In this document: piece after piece, positions 49,763 through 58,118 of the stretch
How positions within the stretch are numbered: the first letter of the stretch is position 1
How the letters are laid out: the number at the start of each line of letters is the position of its first letter
Assembly: GCA_015063625.1 (NCBI GenBank)
Contig: SVTT01000003.1
Location: 54,355 to 118,354, forward strand
Source: Oscillospiraceae bacterium
Lineage (GTDB): Bacteria; Bacillota; Clostridia; Oscillospirales; CAG-272
Length of the DNA: 64,000 bases
Reading direction: 5' to 3'
Made by a program: the position numbers and the translations under genes
Notes under the pieces: model-generated
Told to the model about the DNA's origin: nothing
Database searches by the model: none
Seen by the model: the letters and a program-made list of their open reading frames with translations, nothing else

Positions 49763-50212
49763 ATGTACATTCAGTCCGGAACGTCCTCAGGTACTTTACA
49801 CGACGGAGATTCGCCGCCCGTGATCCCGCCAAAGGGATATAGCGGCAATGCCTTCAGAAGGCAAGAGACGGTTCCCGAGTCACCGCCTGCATCCGCCGAA
49901 AACGAGGTGGAGGCGCCACCGTCTGCCATACCGTCCGACACAGATCTGCACGCACCGCCGCCAAGACAAGACACCGAGGGGAAGGAGGAAGGGACAGCAC
50001 CGGTCGGGGGAAGGGTGAGCAGCGGGGGGATCCTCTCCCGTTTTCCCTTTCTCTCCTCCCTTTTCCCTCCCCCTCGCCACCCGAAGGAGCGACAAAGGGA
50101 GAGCAGCCTGCTCGAATGGCTGCCTATCATTTTGTTCGTGCTCTTTACGCTTGACGAGCGCGAGGATCACGACATTCTGCCCATTCTGCTGCTCCTGCTT
50201 CTGTGGGATTGA
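49763..50212 (+). CDS. Hypothetical Pro-rich protein with a hydrophobic C-terminus
   Basis: GGGAGGTG RBS; PPKGYSGNAF N-terminal motif; DILPILLLLLL C-terminus. Confidence 0.7.
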   Translation: MYIQSGTSSGTLHDGDSPPVIPPKGYSGNAFRRQETVPESPPASAENEVEAPPSAIPSDTDLHAPPPRQDTEGKEEGTAPVGGRVSSGGILSRFPFLSSLFPPPRHPKERQRESSLLEWLPIILFVLFTLDEREDHDILPILLLLLLWD

Positions 50213-51047
50213 CGCGAAGCAGCATGCGCCGATAGCGCGGCAGCACCAGCGGATCACCCGAGGTCAGCATACAGTAGCCCCGTGAATCGGGCGAGCGAGC
50301 AAGCCCTGCCTCGCGGAGACGGCGGGCGAGCTGGCGTACCGTGCCCGCGGCGCCGTCAAGGATCGGCACGCGTCCTTGAAAAAAGCTGTCAATATCATGA
50401 CGGGCAAAGGGAAAATGCGTGCACCCCAGCACCACGGCATCGGGTGTATTTTTGCCCGTATACGGGGCAAGCAATTCCGAAAGATAGGCAGTCATTCGAG
50501 GGCTTTCCATCGCTTCCTCCTCCACCAGCCGCACCAGCAGAGGTGCCGCGAGAGGGAGGATCTGTGCCCTATCCCCAAAGCGCGCCAGCATTCTCGAAAA
50601 CCGCACCTCTGCCAGTGTGGTGCTCGTGGCAAGCACCAGAATGCGCGGATGCTTGGCAACCGCAAGCGCCGGGCGAAGCGCAGGCTCCATGCCGATGATG
50701 GGTGTATGAGGATATGCGGCGCGCAACGCGTCTGCCGCCACGGCAGTGGCGGTATTGCAGGCGATCAGCAGTGCCTTGCAATGGCACAGCAGACGTTTGG
50801 CGTGTGCCGTCACGATGCCGCGCACAGCCCCCGGATCCTTTTCGCCGTAGGGGCTCATAACTCCATCCCCGAAATACAGGAAATTCTCATGCACAAGCCG
50901 CCTTCTCGCCTCTGCGAGAACGGCAATGCCCCCAACGCCGGAATCCAGTACGGCGATGGGGGCGTTCCTTCCCTTTTGGACAAGCACGCCCCCCCGAACA
51001 ATTCGGGGGGGCGTACCGTTGATGCATTCCTTTCCACTCATTTGCAT
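50145..51047 (-). CDS. murI: Glutamate racemase
   Basis: DSGVGG, PYGEK, ACNTA, LGCTHF (both catalytic Cys). Start uncertain: ATG 51047 or GTG 50987. Confidence 0.92.
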   Translation of the reverse strand: MQMSGKECINGTPPRIVRGGVLVQKGRNAPIAVLDSGVGGIAVLAEARRRLVHENFLYFGDGVMSPYGEKDPGAVRGIVTAHAKRLLCHCKALLIACNTATAVAADALRAAYPHTPIIGMEPALRPALAVAKHPRILVLATSTTLAEVRFSRMLARFGDRAQILPLAAPLLVRLVEEEAMESPRMTAYLSELLAPYTGKNTPDAVVLGCTHFPFARHDIDSFFQGRVPILDGAAGTVRQLARRLREAGLARSPDSRGYCMLTSGDPLVLPRYRRMLLRVNPTEAGAAEWAECRDPRARQA

Positions 51048-51212
51048 ACTCCTTCCTGAAGGTGCTGTGAGATCGAAAAACCCGAAGGATGTCGAGCGCA
51101 GGATCTTTGCAAAGCGTCATTTGCTCATCAAAACGCTCCGAGTGAAAGCAGCGTTCAAGAGCCGCCGTGTCGCACGGGCACGGATCTGCCGCAAGTCGGC
51201 ACGCAGGCGCTC

Positions 51213-51779
51213 TCATGACTCCGCCGTCAGCAGATATCCCACGCCCCGTACCGAGCGAATGCGTGATTTTCCGTCAAAGGCAAGCTTGCGCCGCAGGCGA
51301 TAGATCAGCACCTGCAACACGTTGCTGCCTCCGCATTCATTACCAAGTGCGTCAAGCAGTGCCTGCGCGGTCACGACCCTTCCGCGATCCCGCAAAAGCA
51401 GCGTCATCATTTTTTCCTCGGAGGCGCTAAGGGCGATGCGGCGACTCCCGCAGATCAGATACCCCGACACCGTATACATCTGCTCCCCCGCTTCTCGGTC
51501 GCGATGGGCAAGCCCGTGCAGGAGCTCCTGTAATCGCTCGGTCGGGTAGGGAACGGGAAGGATCGGAAAGGAGGGAGATCCTCGCCCCGACGTCGGCGCA
51601 CCCTCCGAAAAACCGATCACCGCCGCGCCCGTGCCGTTTGGGAGCGCCGCGGGAGGATGATCGAGGTCAAGCAGCCAAACCGAGGCTTCCTCGGGCTTGG
51701 CGCGTGAAAATCCACCCCGTATAAGCTCTAATTCGAGCATACGCTCAAGCGTTTTATCGTTTGTCAGAAGAGCGATCAT
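51213..51779 (-). CDS. OmpR-type winged-helix regulator with a degenerate receiver-like N-terminus
   Basis: C-terminal LSASE...NVLQVLIYRLRRKL...IRSVRGVGY. Confidence 0.82.
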   Translation of the reverse strand: MIALLTNDKTLERMLELELIRGGFSRAKPEEASVWLLDLDHPPAALPNGTGAAVIGFSEGAPTSGRGSPSFPILPVPYPTERLQELLHGLAHRDREAGEQMYTVSGYLICGSRRIALSASEEKMMTLLLRDRGRVVTAQALLDALGNECGGSNVLQVLIYRLRRKLAFDGKSRIRSVRGVGYLLTAES

Positions 51780-52801
51780 GCTTCTGCCTCCATGGCGCAA
51801 AGCGCATCAAACACACGCGCAAGATCCTCTACGTGCTCGGCATGCATCAGCGTGTCCCTTGCCTCTGCGGATCCGCGCACGCCCTTGGTATACCATGCCA
51901 TGTGCTTGCGCGCCTCGGCAATGCCGATGCGCTCGCCCTTTCTTCTGACGAGATCGGCGGCGTGAAGCAATGCCGTGTCAAGGCGCTCACGAAGCGTCGG
52001 CGCCTGATAAGGGATGCCCTTGAAAAAGGAGATCAGCTCGGTAAACAAAAAGGGATTTCCGAGCGCCCCTCTTGCGATCATCACACCGTCACACCCCGTG
52101 TCCTCTATCATATGCCGCACATCGTCGATTGAGAACAGATCTCCGTTTCCCACCACAGGGATCTTCACCGCCCGCTTGACGTCGGCGATGATGCCGTTGT
52201 CACTGGAGGGCGCATAAAACTGCTGTCTGGTTCTGCCGTGCACCGTGACAAGATCGGCGCCTGCCTCCTCCATCCGCTTGGCAAAATCCACGGCGTTGCG
52301 GGAATGCTCATCCCACCCCGCACGCATCTTGACCGTAACGGGCAGATGCACTGCCTCCTTGACGGCGCGCACGATCGCTGCGGCGCGTAATGGCTCACGC
52401 ATCAGTGCACTTCCCTCGTGGTTTGACACCACCTTTGCTACGGGGCAACCCATGTTAAGATCGATCGCAATGGGTGCCGCCTCGCTCTCGTTGTCCCGAT
52501 ATGCGCCCGATTCGATCAAAAGCGCCGCCTCGCGCATAAATTCGGGCTCACTGCCAAACAGCTGGATCACCATAGGTCCGTCACTTTTTCTGACGGTGGC
52601 AAGGCCTGCGGTGCGGGCAGGGGCACTTCCCCTGCCCTTCTGCTCATAGCAAAGTGCCTTTGCCGAGATCATCTCGCTCACGGTGCACTCAGCTCCCGCG
52701 CGGTAGCAAATGGCGCGAAACGAGGGGTCGGTCACCCCTGCCATCGGGGCAAGCATGACGCCGTTTGAAAGAACAGTCTCCCCGAGTATCAGCGGCGCCA
52801 T
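51776..52801 (-). CDS. dusB: tRNA-dihydrouridine synthase
   Basis: LAPMAGVTD, DLNMGCP, TVKMRAG, VHGRT, GNGD, GVMIARG. Confidence 0.94.
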   Translation of the reverse strand: MAPLILGETVLSNGVMLAPMAGVTDPSFRAICYRAGAECTVSEMISAKALCYEQKGRGSAPARTAGLATVRKSDGPMVIQLFGSEPEFMREAALLIESGAYRDNESEAAPIAIDLNMGCPVAKVVSNHEGSALMREPLRAAAIVRAVKEAVHLPVTVKMRAGWDEHSRNAVDFAKRMEEAGADLVTVHGRTRQQFYAPSSDNGIIADVKRAVKIPVVGNGDLFSIDDVRHMIEDTGCDGVMIARGALGNPFLFTELISFFKGIPYQAPTLRERLDTALLHAADLVRRKGERIGIAEARKHMAWYTKGVRGSAEARDTLMHAEHVEDLARVFDALCAMEAEA

Positions 52802-53448
52802 CAGCTGTTGTAAAGGCGTACGATACGGCACGCCTCCGCGTGGATCCTGCGGCAAAGCTCCTCATCAAAGCCTGCGGCGATCCCGGGATCGGCAATACTT
52901 CTCGGAGAGATCATACGCTTGCGCCCCGTCAGCATATAAAAGATGGTCACAGCGGCGATATAGCTGCCAAGCGGTGTGGCATGGTTGCCATCCTCACGGT
53001 ACAGGGCGTCAGCCTGCTCGTGCTGGAGGATCCGACTGAACACCTCACCCACGGGGGCGAAGCGGCAACCGTGGTTACGGCAGAAGGAAAGGTAGGCATC
53101 GGTCATCACGTGCTGGGATTTGCGGTCATCGCGGCACGCCCAGGGCATGTAAAGATAAAACCGCGCTCCGCTTTCCTCGGCAAGACGCTTCAGCTCCTCC
53201 GCACCCACACGAAAGCTCGCCGGATCAAAGCTGCTTGCCTGGTCTTGTGCGATCACCACATCGTATCCGCCATAACGGATGTTAAAAAGCACATCGTGCT
53301 TGGTCGTATGATAAACAAGCGACTTCCCGCCCGTCGTGGAAATGGTGACGTGAGGTCTTGTCCCAACCGCCTCAAGCAGCTTCAGAACAGTTGCCCCAAG
53401 ATCGTTGTAATAGGTATGACTGTTGCCGATAAATAACAATTTCATCAT
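52801..53448 (-). CDS. SGNH/GDSL hydrolase-like protein
   Basis: LFIGNSHT (block I) and EDGNHAT (DxxH, block V). Confidence 0.75.
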   Translation of the reverse strand: MMKLLFIGNSHTYYNDLGATVLKLLEAVGTRPHVTISTTGGKSLVYHTTKHDVLFNIRYGGYDVVIAQDQASSFDPASFRVGAEELKRLAEESGARFYLYMPWACRDDRKSQHVMTDAYLSFCRNHGCRFAPVGEVFSRILQHEQADALYREDGNHATPLGSYIAAVTIFYMLTGRKRMISPRSIADPGIAAGFDEELCRRIHAEACRIVRLYNS

Positions 53449-53477
53449 GTCATTGCTCCTTGCTGTTTCTTTCCTTT

Positions 53478-53506
53478 ATCATAGCACAAAAGGGGCACAC
53501 CGTCAA
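53478..53506 (-). promoter_or_regulatory. Sigma-A promoter of the SGNH-dusB operon
   Basis: TTGACG-17bp-TATGAT with extended TG. Confidence 0.6.
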
Positions 53507-53773
53507 GCAAAAATGGGAGGAAGCGCCCAAATCAAATTCCTGTCGGGAGGTGCGGTACAAAATATGTAAAGCCCCCTTCGGTTTGGCTTTTCATCGCAAA
53601 TTATCAAGAAAGCTCCCCCAAAAAGACGGCGTTTGACCGCATCATTGTCATCCTGCTTTTTTTCTCTCCCGTGCCGTCGTTTTTTCCCGACCGAATGGGG
53701 CTTGACCCCGCGTGGGTTGCCGTGATAGCATGATGACAACTGCCCATCCGGGCAAAAAAAGGAGGAAAAAAAG

Positions 53774-54487
53774 ATGAAGATTTGGAAAATGCTTGGCTGC
53801 CTTGCACTCTTGTGCATCATGATCTGCGGATGCGCTGCGCTTGGCACCACCACGGCTGCCCAAACGGGCGGCGAGGAACAGGAAAACGCCGAAGGCGGCG
53901 AGGAAGTGACGGGGGGGCAGTCCAACCTGTCAGCTCCGGAGCAGAGCACGCCGCAGGGCAGCGTTACGGTAACGCCCACCTACAGCGAGGGGCTTCGCTT
54001 CCGCAGCAACGGGGATGGCACCTGCGCCCTGTCGGGCATGGGCAGCTGCACCGCCAGCTGTCTGCTGATCCCACCGAAAAGCCCTTCGGGTGACACTGTG
54101 ACTGAGATCCTTCCCTTTGCGCTGAAGGACAGCATCATCGGTGCGATCGAGATCCCCGCGGGGGTCACCACGCTTTCTGCCGATTCCTTTTCGGGATGTG
54201 CGCGCCTTGCCTACATCCGCGTGGCAGCAAACAACACCAGCTTTGCCGAGCACGACGGCGTGCTTTACAGCAAGGATCTTTCCACGCTGATCTACTGCCC
54301 CAGTGGCAGAAGCGGCGCCACGCTGAATCTGCAAAAGAGTCTGCGTCGCATCCGTGCAGGCGCCTTTGCCGAGTGCACCACCCTCACCACGGTGGTCTTC
54401 GCGGGCACGACCTCGGAGTGGCACCAGGTCATCATCGGTGACCTGAACCAGCCCCTTTACGATGCCGGCTTCCGCTTTGAAGAATAA
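53774..54487 (+). CDS. Secreted/lipoprotein with BspA-type leucine-rich repeats
   Basis: Signal peptide with Cys (ICGC), acidic linker, LRR_5-like IPAGVTTLSADSFSGC and DGVLYSKD. Confidence 0.78.
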   Translation: MKIWKMLGCLALLCIMICGCAALGTTTAAQTGGEEQENAEGGEEVTGGQSNLSAPEQSTPQGSVTVTPTYSEGLRFRSNGDGTCALSGMGSCTASCLLIPPKSPSGDTVTEILPFALKDSIIGAIEIPAGVTTLSADSFSGCARLAYIRVAANNTSFAEHDGVLYSKDLSTLIYCPSGRSGATLNLQKSLRRIRAGAFAECTTLTTVVFAGTTSEWHQVIIGDLNQPLYDAGFRFEE

Positions 54488-54522
54488 CCTCCAAACGAAA
54501 AAACTCCGCAAGCGAGTCGAAC

Positions 54523-54567
54523 AAAAAAGGAGCAGACATACAAGACTTCCTTGTATGTCTGCTCCTT
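54523..54567 (-). terminator. Intrinsic terminator between convergent genes
   Basis: 18-bp perfect stem AAGGAGCAGACATACAAG/CTTGTATGTCTGCTCCTT with a T-run on the minus strand. Confidence 0.8.
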
Positions 54568-54679
54568 CTGCTCTGCGGATGAACCGATGCCGCTTGTGCG
54601 TAAACGAGCCATCACGCTTTGGCGCTCGCCGTGATTTCTCATCGGCACGCCCCTGCCTCATAAAGCGGATCGCCGCCTT

Positions 54680-55396
54680 TCAGGATGCATCCTCGTAGTT
54701 GGTGTCCTCGCGGAGGGTCGCCATGGCATCACTGTCAAGATAATCCGTGGGGTCGACCTGCAAGCCGCCAACCGTCATCTCCAGGTGCAGATGGGGCTCC
54801 TCGGCGATCTCCACCATCGCGCTCTCACCGACGGTGCCGATCACGTCACCTGCCTTGACGGGTGTGCCGACGGCAATGCCGTCGGGCATCTCGCCCGAAA
54901 GATTCTTGTAGATGGTATAAGCATCACCGCCGTGCTTGACCGCCACGCAGCGGCCCATGCTGAAATCATCCCAGATCTGAGAGATCACGCCATCTGCCAT
55001 CGCCGAAACCGAAGCGCCCGCCACGGTAGAGATATCAATACCGAGGTGTGTGCGGTAATCCTTCATCGTGGGAGAAAAGACCTGCACGGAGGCATCGTGC
55101 TCCTTGGCAAGGACCCCCGAAACGGGCAGAACAAAGCGACCGGGCAGAACGCTTGTCTGCTCGTCCTTGTCATCAGGCTCCTGCGTGTCGGGATCTTCAC
55201 TGTCATCGGGATCCTCCACACCGGTGGGCTCACTTCCCTCGTCCTCAATGGGCGGCATCTCCTCCGGGGTGCGGTTGGCGATCACCGTGGTGACGATAAT
55301 GGCGGTCAGCACCAGCAGCATGACCAGCACGGTAACCGCAATAGCGCGTGCGCCTTTATCCTCACGCAGCTTCAAAAAGAACTTGTTTTTCTGCAT
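54680..55396 (-). CDS. Membrane-anchored M23/LytM peptidase, SpoIIQ-like
   Basis: N-terminal TM, acidic linker, HLGID and PHLHLE Zn motifs, FSPTM..YRTH; forespore-type promoter upstream. Confidence 0.82.
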   Translation of the reverse strand: MQKNKFFLKLREDKGARAIAVTVLVMLLVLTAIIVTTVIANRTPEEMPPIEDEGSEPTGVEDPDDSEDPDTQEPDDKDEQTSVLPGRFVLPVSGVLAKEHDASVQVFSPTMKDYRTHLGIDISTVAGASVSAMADGVISQIWDDFSMGRCVAVKHGGDAYTIYKNLSGEMPDGIAVGTPVKAGDVIGTVGESAMVEIAEEPHLHLEMTVGGLQVDPTDYLDSDAMATLREDTNYEDAS

Positions 55397-55426
55397 TTTT
55401 GCTACTCCTTTTCTTTGTGCTGCTTC

Positions 55427-55455
55427 TATTTTTGCCCTCTCGGGGCAATTTATAC
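55427..55455 (-). promoter_or_regulatory. Putative sigma-F/G promoter
   Basis: GTATA-14bp-GGCAAAAATA versus the B. subtilis sigma-F consensus GYATA-15-GGnnAnAHTR. Confidence 0.5.
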
Positions 55456-55527
55456 AGAAAAGGAAGCAAAAAACAAAAAACAGACCACCCGTGCGGCATG
55501 CGGTCGCACGGGCGGTCAAAATTCCGA

Positions 55528-56910
55528 TCATTTTCTCTCGTTGATCGGGATGTAATCGCGGTGGGGAGTGATACACTTATAGGCGGGACGGATGATCCGC
55601 TTGGCGGTCAGGTATTCCTCGATACGGTGCGCACACCAGCCCGACACGCGCGCAATGGCAAACAGGGGGGTATACATGCACTCGGGGATGTTGAGCATGC
55701 GGTAGATGAGCCCCGAGTAAAGGTCCACGTTGGCACACATCTGCTTTTCCACACCCTTGTACTTGCGGAAGATCTGGGGGGTCAGACGCTCGATGGATTC
55801 AAGCAGGGCAAAATCCTCGCCAAAGCCCTTCTTCTCGGCAAGGCTGTGCGCATAACGCTTGAGCATGCAGGCGCGGGGGTCGGACTTGGTATAGATGGCA
55901 TGCCCCATGCCGTAGACAAGACCGCTGCCGTCACCCGCCTTGCCCTCCATGATCTTCAGAAGGAAGGAGGTCAGCTCGTCATCATCGCGAGGATCGCGCA
56001 CATTTTCCTTGATGCAGTCAAACATCTCCTGCACCTTGATATTGGCACCGCCGTGGCGGGGACCCTTCAGGGAGCCAATGGCAGCGCCGATCGCCGAATA
56101 GGTATCGGTGCCCGAGGAGGAAAGAACGCGGCACGCGAAGGAGGAGTTATTGCCGCCGCCATGCTCTGCGTGCACGACAAGGCAAAGATCAAGCAGCTTT
56201 GCCTCCTCATCGGTATAAGATTTATCGGGGCGCATCATGCGCAGGAAGTTCTGTGCCGTGGAAAGCTCGGGACGGGGGTTGTGCAGATTCAAGCTGTGCC
56301 CGCCGAACACATTACGGTAGACCGCATAAGCATGCGCTGCGATGACGGGAATGCGCGCCACCAGCTGCATGCTCTGGCGAAGCATGTTGGCAAGCCCGGT
56401 GTCATCGGGGTTTTCATCATACGCATAGAGCGAGAGCACGCCGGTTGCCATCTTATTCATGATGGAGCGCGAGGGCGCCTTCATCAGGATGTCCTCGTCA
56501 AAGCGTGCGGGCAGGGATTCGTAGCCGCTGATCAGTTTGGTAAAATCGGCAAGCTGCTTCGCGGTAGGCAGATGACCGAAAAAGAGAAGATAGCAGCACT
56601 CCGCAAAGCCAAAGCGGTCCTCCTTCACAAAATTCTCACAAAGGGTGGACATGCGGTAGCCGCGGTAATAAAGCTCACCCTCAACAGGGGTTCTCTCACC
56701 CTCGTTGATGATATAGCCGTGCGCATTACAAACACGGGTCACACCCGCCATGACGCCACTGCCGTCGGGCTCACGCAGACCGCGCTTGACGTGATAGCTG
56801 TCAAAGGCGGTGGCAGGGATCTGGTACGCGCTCATGGATTCCTCCACAAACTCGCGCAGCAGCTGATCTCTTTCGGCATCATTTGCAAATTTTTGATCAA
56901 AGGATTGCAT
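55528..56910 (-). CDS. gltA: Citrate synthase
   Basis: HAEHGGGNNS, GPRHGGAN, GMGHAIY, ANVDLYSG. Confidence 0.93.
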   Translation of the reverse strand: MQSFDQKFANDAERDQLLREFVEESMSAYQIPATAFDSYHVKRGLREPDGSGVMAGVTRVCNAHGYIINEGERTPVEGELYYRGYRMSTLCENFVKEDRFGFAECCYLLFFGHLPTAKQLADFTKLISGYESLPARFDEDILMKAPSRSIMNKMATGVLSLYAYDENPDDTGLANMLRQSMQLVARIPVIAAHAYAVYRNVFGGHSLNLHNPRPELSTAQNFLRMMRPDKSYTDEEAKLLDLCLVVHAEHGGGNNSSFACRVLSSSGTDTYSAIGAAIGSLKGPRHGGANIKVQEMFDCIKENVRDPRDDDELTSFLLKIMEGKAGDGSGLVYGMGHAIYTKSDPRACMLKRYAHSLAEKKGFGEDFALLESIERLTPQIFRKYKGVEKQMCANVDLYSGLIYRMLNIPECMYTPLFAIARVSGWCAHRIEEYLTAKRIIRPAYKCITPHRDYIPINERK

Positions 56911-56945
56911 GGGAAAGCACCTCGCTCTCGAAGGATTTGGGTTAT

Positions 56946-56974
56946 ATTATAGCATATGCACGGGATTTTTGCAA
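56946..56974 (-). promoter_or_regulatory. Sigma-A promoter of citrate synthase
   Basis: TTGCAA-17bp-TATAAT with extended TG. Confidence 0.7.
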
Positions 56975-57028
56975 GACGCAAACGAAAAAAATTCATTTTT
57001 TCACAAAATCTGTCATTCCATGAAAGAG

Positions 57029-57067
57029 CAAAGGGTGCCCCTGCCGTTAAGGCAGGGGCACCCTTTG
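57029..57067 (-). terminator. Intrinsic terminator after rubrerythrin
   Basis: 17-bp perfect stem CAAAGGGTGCCCCTGCC/GGCAGGGGCACCCTTTG. Confidence 0.8.
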
Positions 57068-57077
57068 TCGGTCGGGA

Positions 57078-57611
57078 TCAATAATTCTCGGCACGAACCT
57101 CAAAAAAGCTCTGCGGATGTACACAAACGGGGCAGATCTCGGGGGCCTTTTTGCCCATCACGAGATGACCGCAGTTGCGGCACTCCCACATGATCTCCTC
57201 GCTCTTGGCAAACACTGCCTGCATCTCCACGTTCTTCAGAAGTGCGCGGTAGCGCTCCTCATGTGCCTTTTCGATCTTTGCAACGGCGCGGAATTTCGCG
57301 GCGATCTCGGTGAAGCCCTCCTCGTCAGCCTCCTTCGCAAAGGTGGCATACATATCGGTCCACTCATAGTTCTCGCCTGCGGCGGCAGCGGCAAGATTCT
57401 CTGCGGTATTTCCGAGCTCGCCGAGAAGCTTGAACCACATCTTGGCGTGCTCCTTCTCGTTCTCGGCAGTCTTTGCAAAGATCGCGCTGATCTGCTCATA
57501 GCCCTCCTTTTTAGCCACGCTGGCAAAATAGGTATACTTGTTGCGCGCCTGACTTTCTCCGGCAAACGCCTCCATCAGATTGCGTTCGGTCTTGGTTCCC
57601 TTGAGTTCCAT
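57078..57611 (-). CDS. rbr: Rubrerythrin
   Basis: [27 protein letters not shown]; C-terminal CRNCG/CPVC rubredoxin domain. Confidence 0.96.
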   Translation of the reverse strand: MELKGTKTERNLMEAFAGESQARNKYTYFASVAKKEGYEQISAIFAKTAENEKEHAKMWFKLLGELGNTAENLAAAAAGENYEWTDMYATFAKEADEEGFTEIAAKFRAVAKIEKAHEERYRALLKNVEMQAVFAKSEEIMWECRNCGHLVMGKKAPEICPVCVHPQSFFEVRAENY

Positions 57612-57633
57612 GCTGAAAATTCTCCTTTTTAAA

Positions 57634-58005
57634 TTATTTTTGTTCTGCTTGCTCACAACATGGGCAAACGGTGTGTAAAATCAGGTCGTAGGAAAGAACG
57701 GGCATTGCCAAATGACGCTGCAAAACGGCAGCAAAATCACCCAGCTCGGCATCAATGAGTCTGCCACAGACCGTGCAAAGCGCATGCTCGTGCACCGTGG
57801 GGGTCTTGTCGTAAAAATCAGCACCCGTAGGGGTGGGGATCCTGCGGATCAGTCCCGCCTCGGTCAGGGCGTGCAGATTGTTATAAACGGTTGCCAGCAC
57901 GATACCGGGATACACCTGCCTCACGCGGCGATAGATCTCGTCTGCCTGCAAATGCCCTTCGGATTCTCGCAGCACCCGAAGCACTGCTGCTCGCTTCGGA
58001 ATCAC
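57634..58005 (-). CDS. perR: Fur-family regulator, probably PerR
   Basis: [27 protein letters not shown]-terminal CPCC; upstream of rubrerythrin. Confidence 0.85.
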   Translation of the reverse strand: MIPKRAAVLRVLRESEGHLQADEIYRRVRQVYPGIVLATVYNNLHALTEAGLIRRIPTPTGADFYDKTPTVHEHALCTVCGRLIDAELGDFAAVLQRHLAMPVLSYDLILHTVCPCCEQAEQK

Positions 58006-58019
58006 AGCGCCACCTCCTT

Positions 58020-58034
58020 TTAGAATGATTCTAA
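58020..58034. promoter_or_regulatory. Per/Fur box
   Basis: Perfect 7-1-7 palindrome TTAGAAT-G-ATTCTAA between the promoter and the RBS. Confidence 0.75.
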
Positions 58035-58038
58035 ATAT

Positions 58039-58067
58039 ATTTTAATCATTTTAGAGGTGTTTGTCAA
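58039..58067 (-). promoter_or_regulatory. Sigma-A promoter of perR-rbr
   Basis: TTGACA-17bp-TAAAAT. Confidence 0.7.
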
Positions 58068-58118
58068 GAGCATTTTCTAAAAATTAGAACAATTTTATTT
58101 TATCGACTTCCGATCAGC

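Noticed and set aside
50887-51216. 109-aa ORF overlapping the regulator stop (ATGA) and the murI 5' end
   Set aside because: No RBS or motif, and it overlaps conserved murI codons out of frame; not supportable, though a short coupled peptide cannot be excluded.
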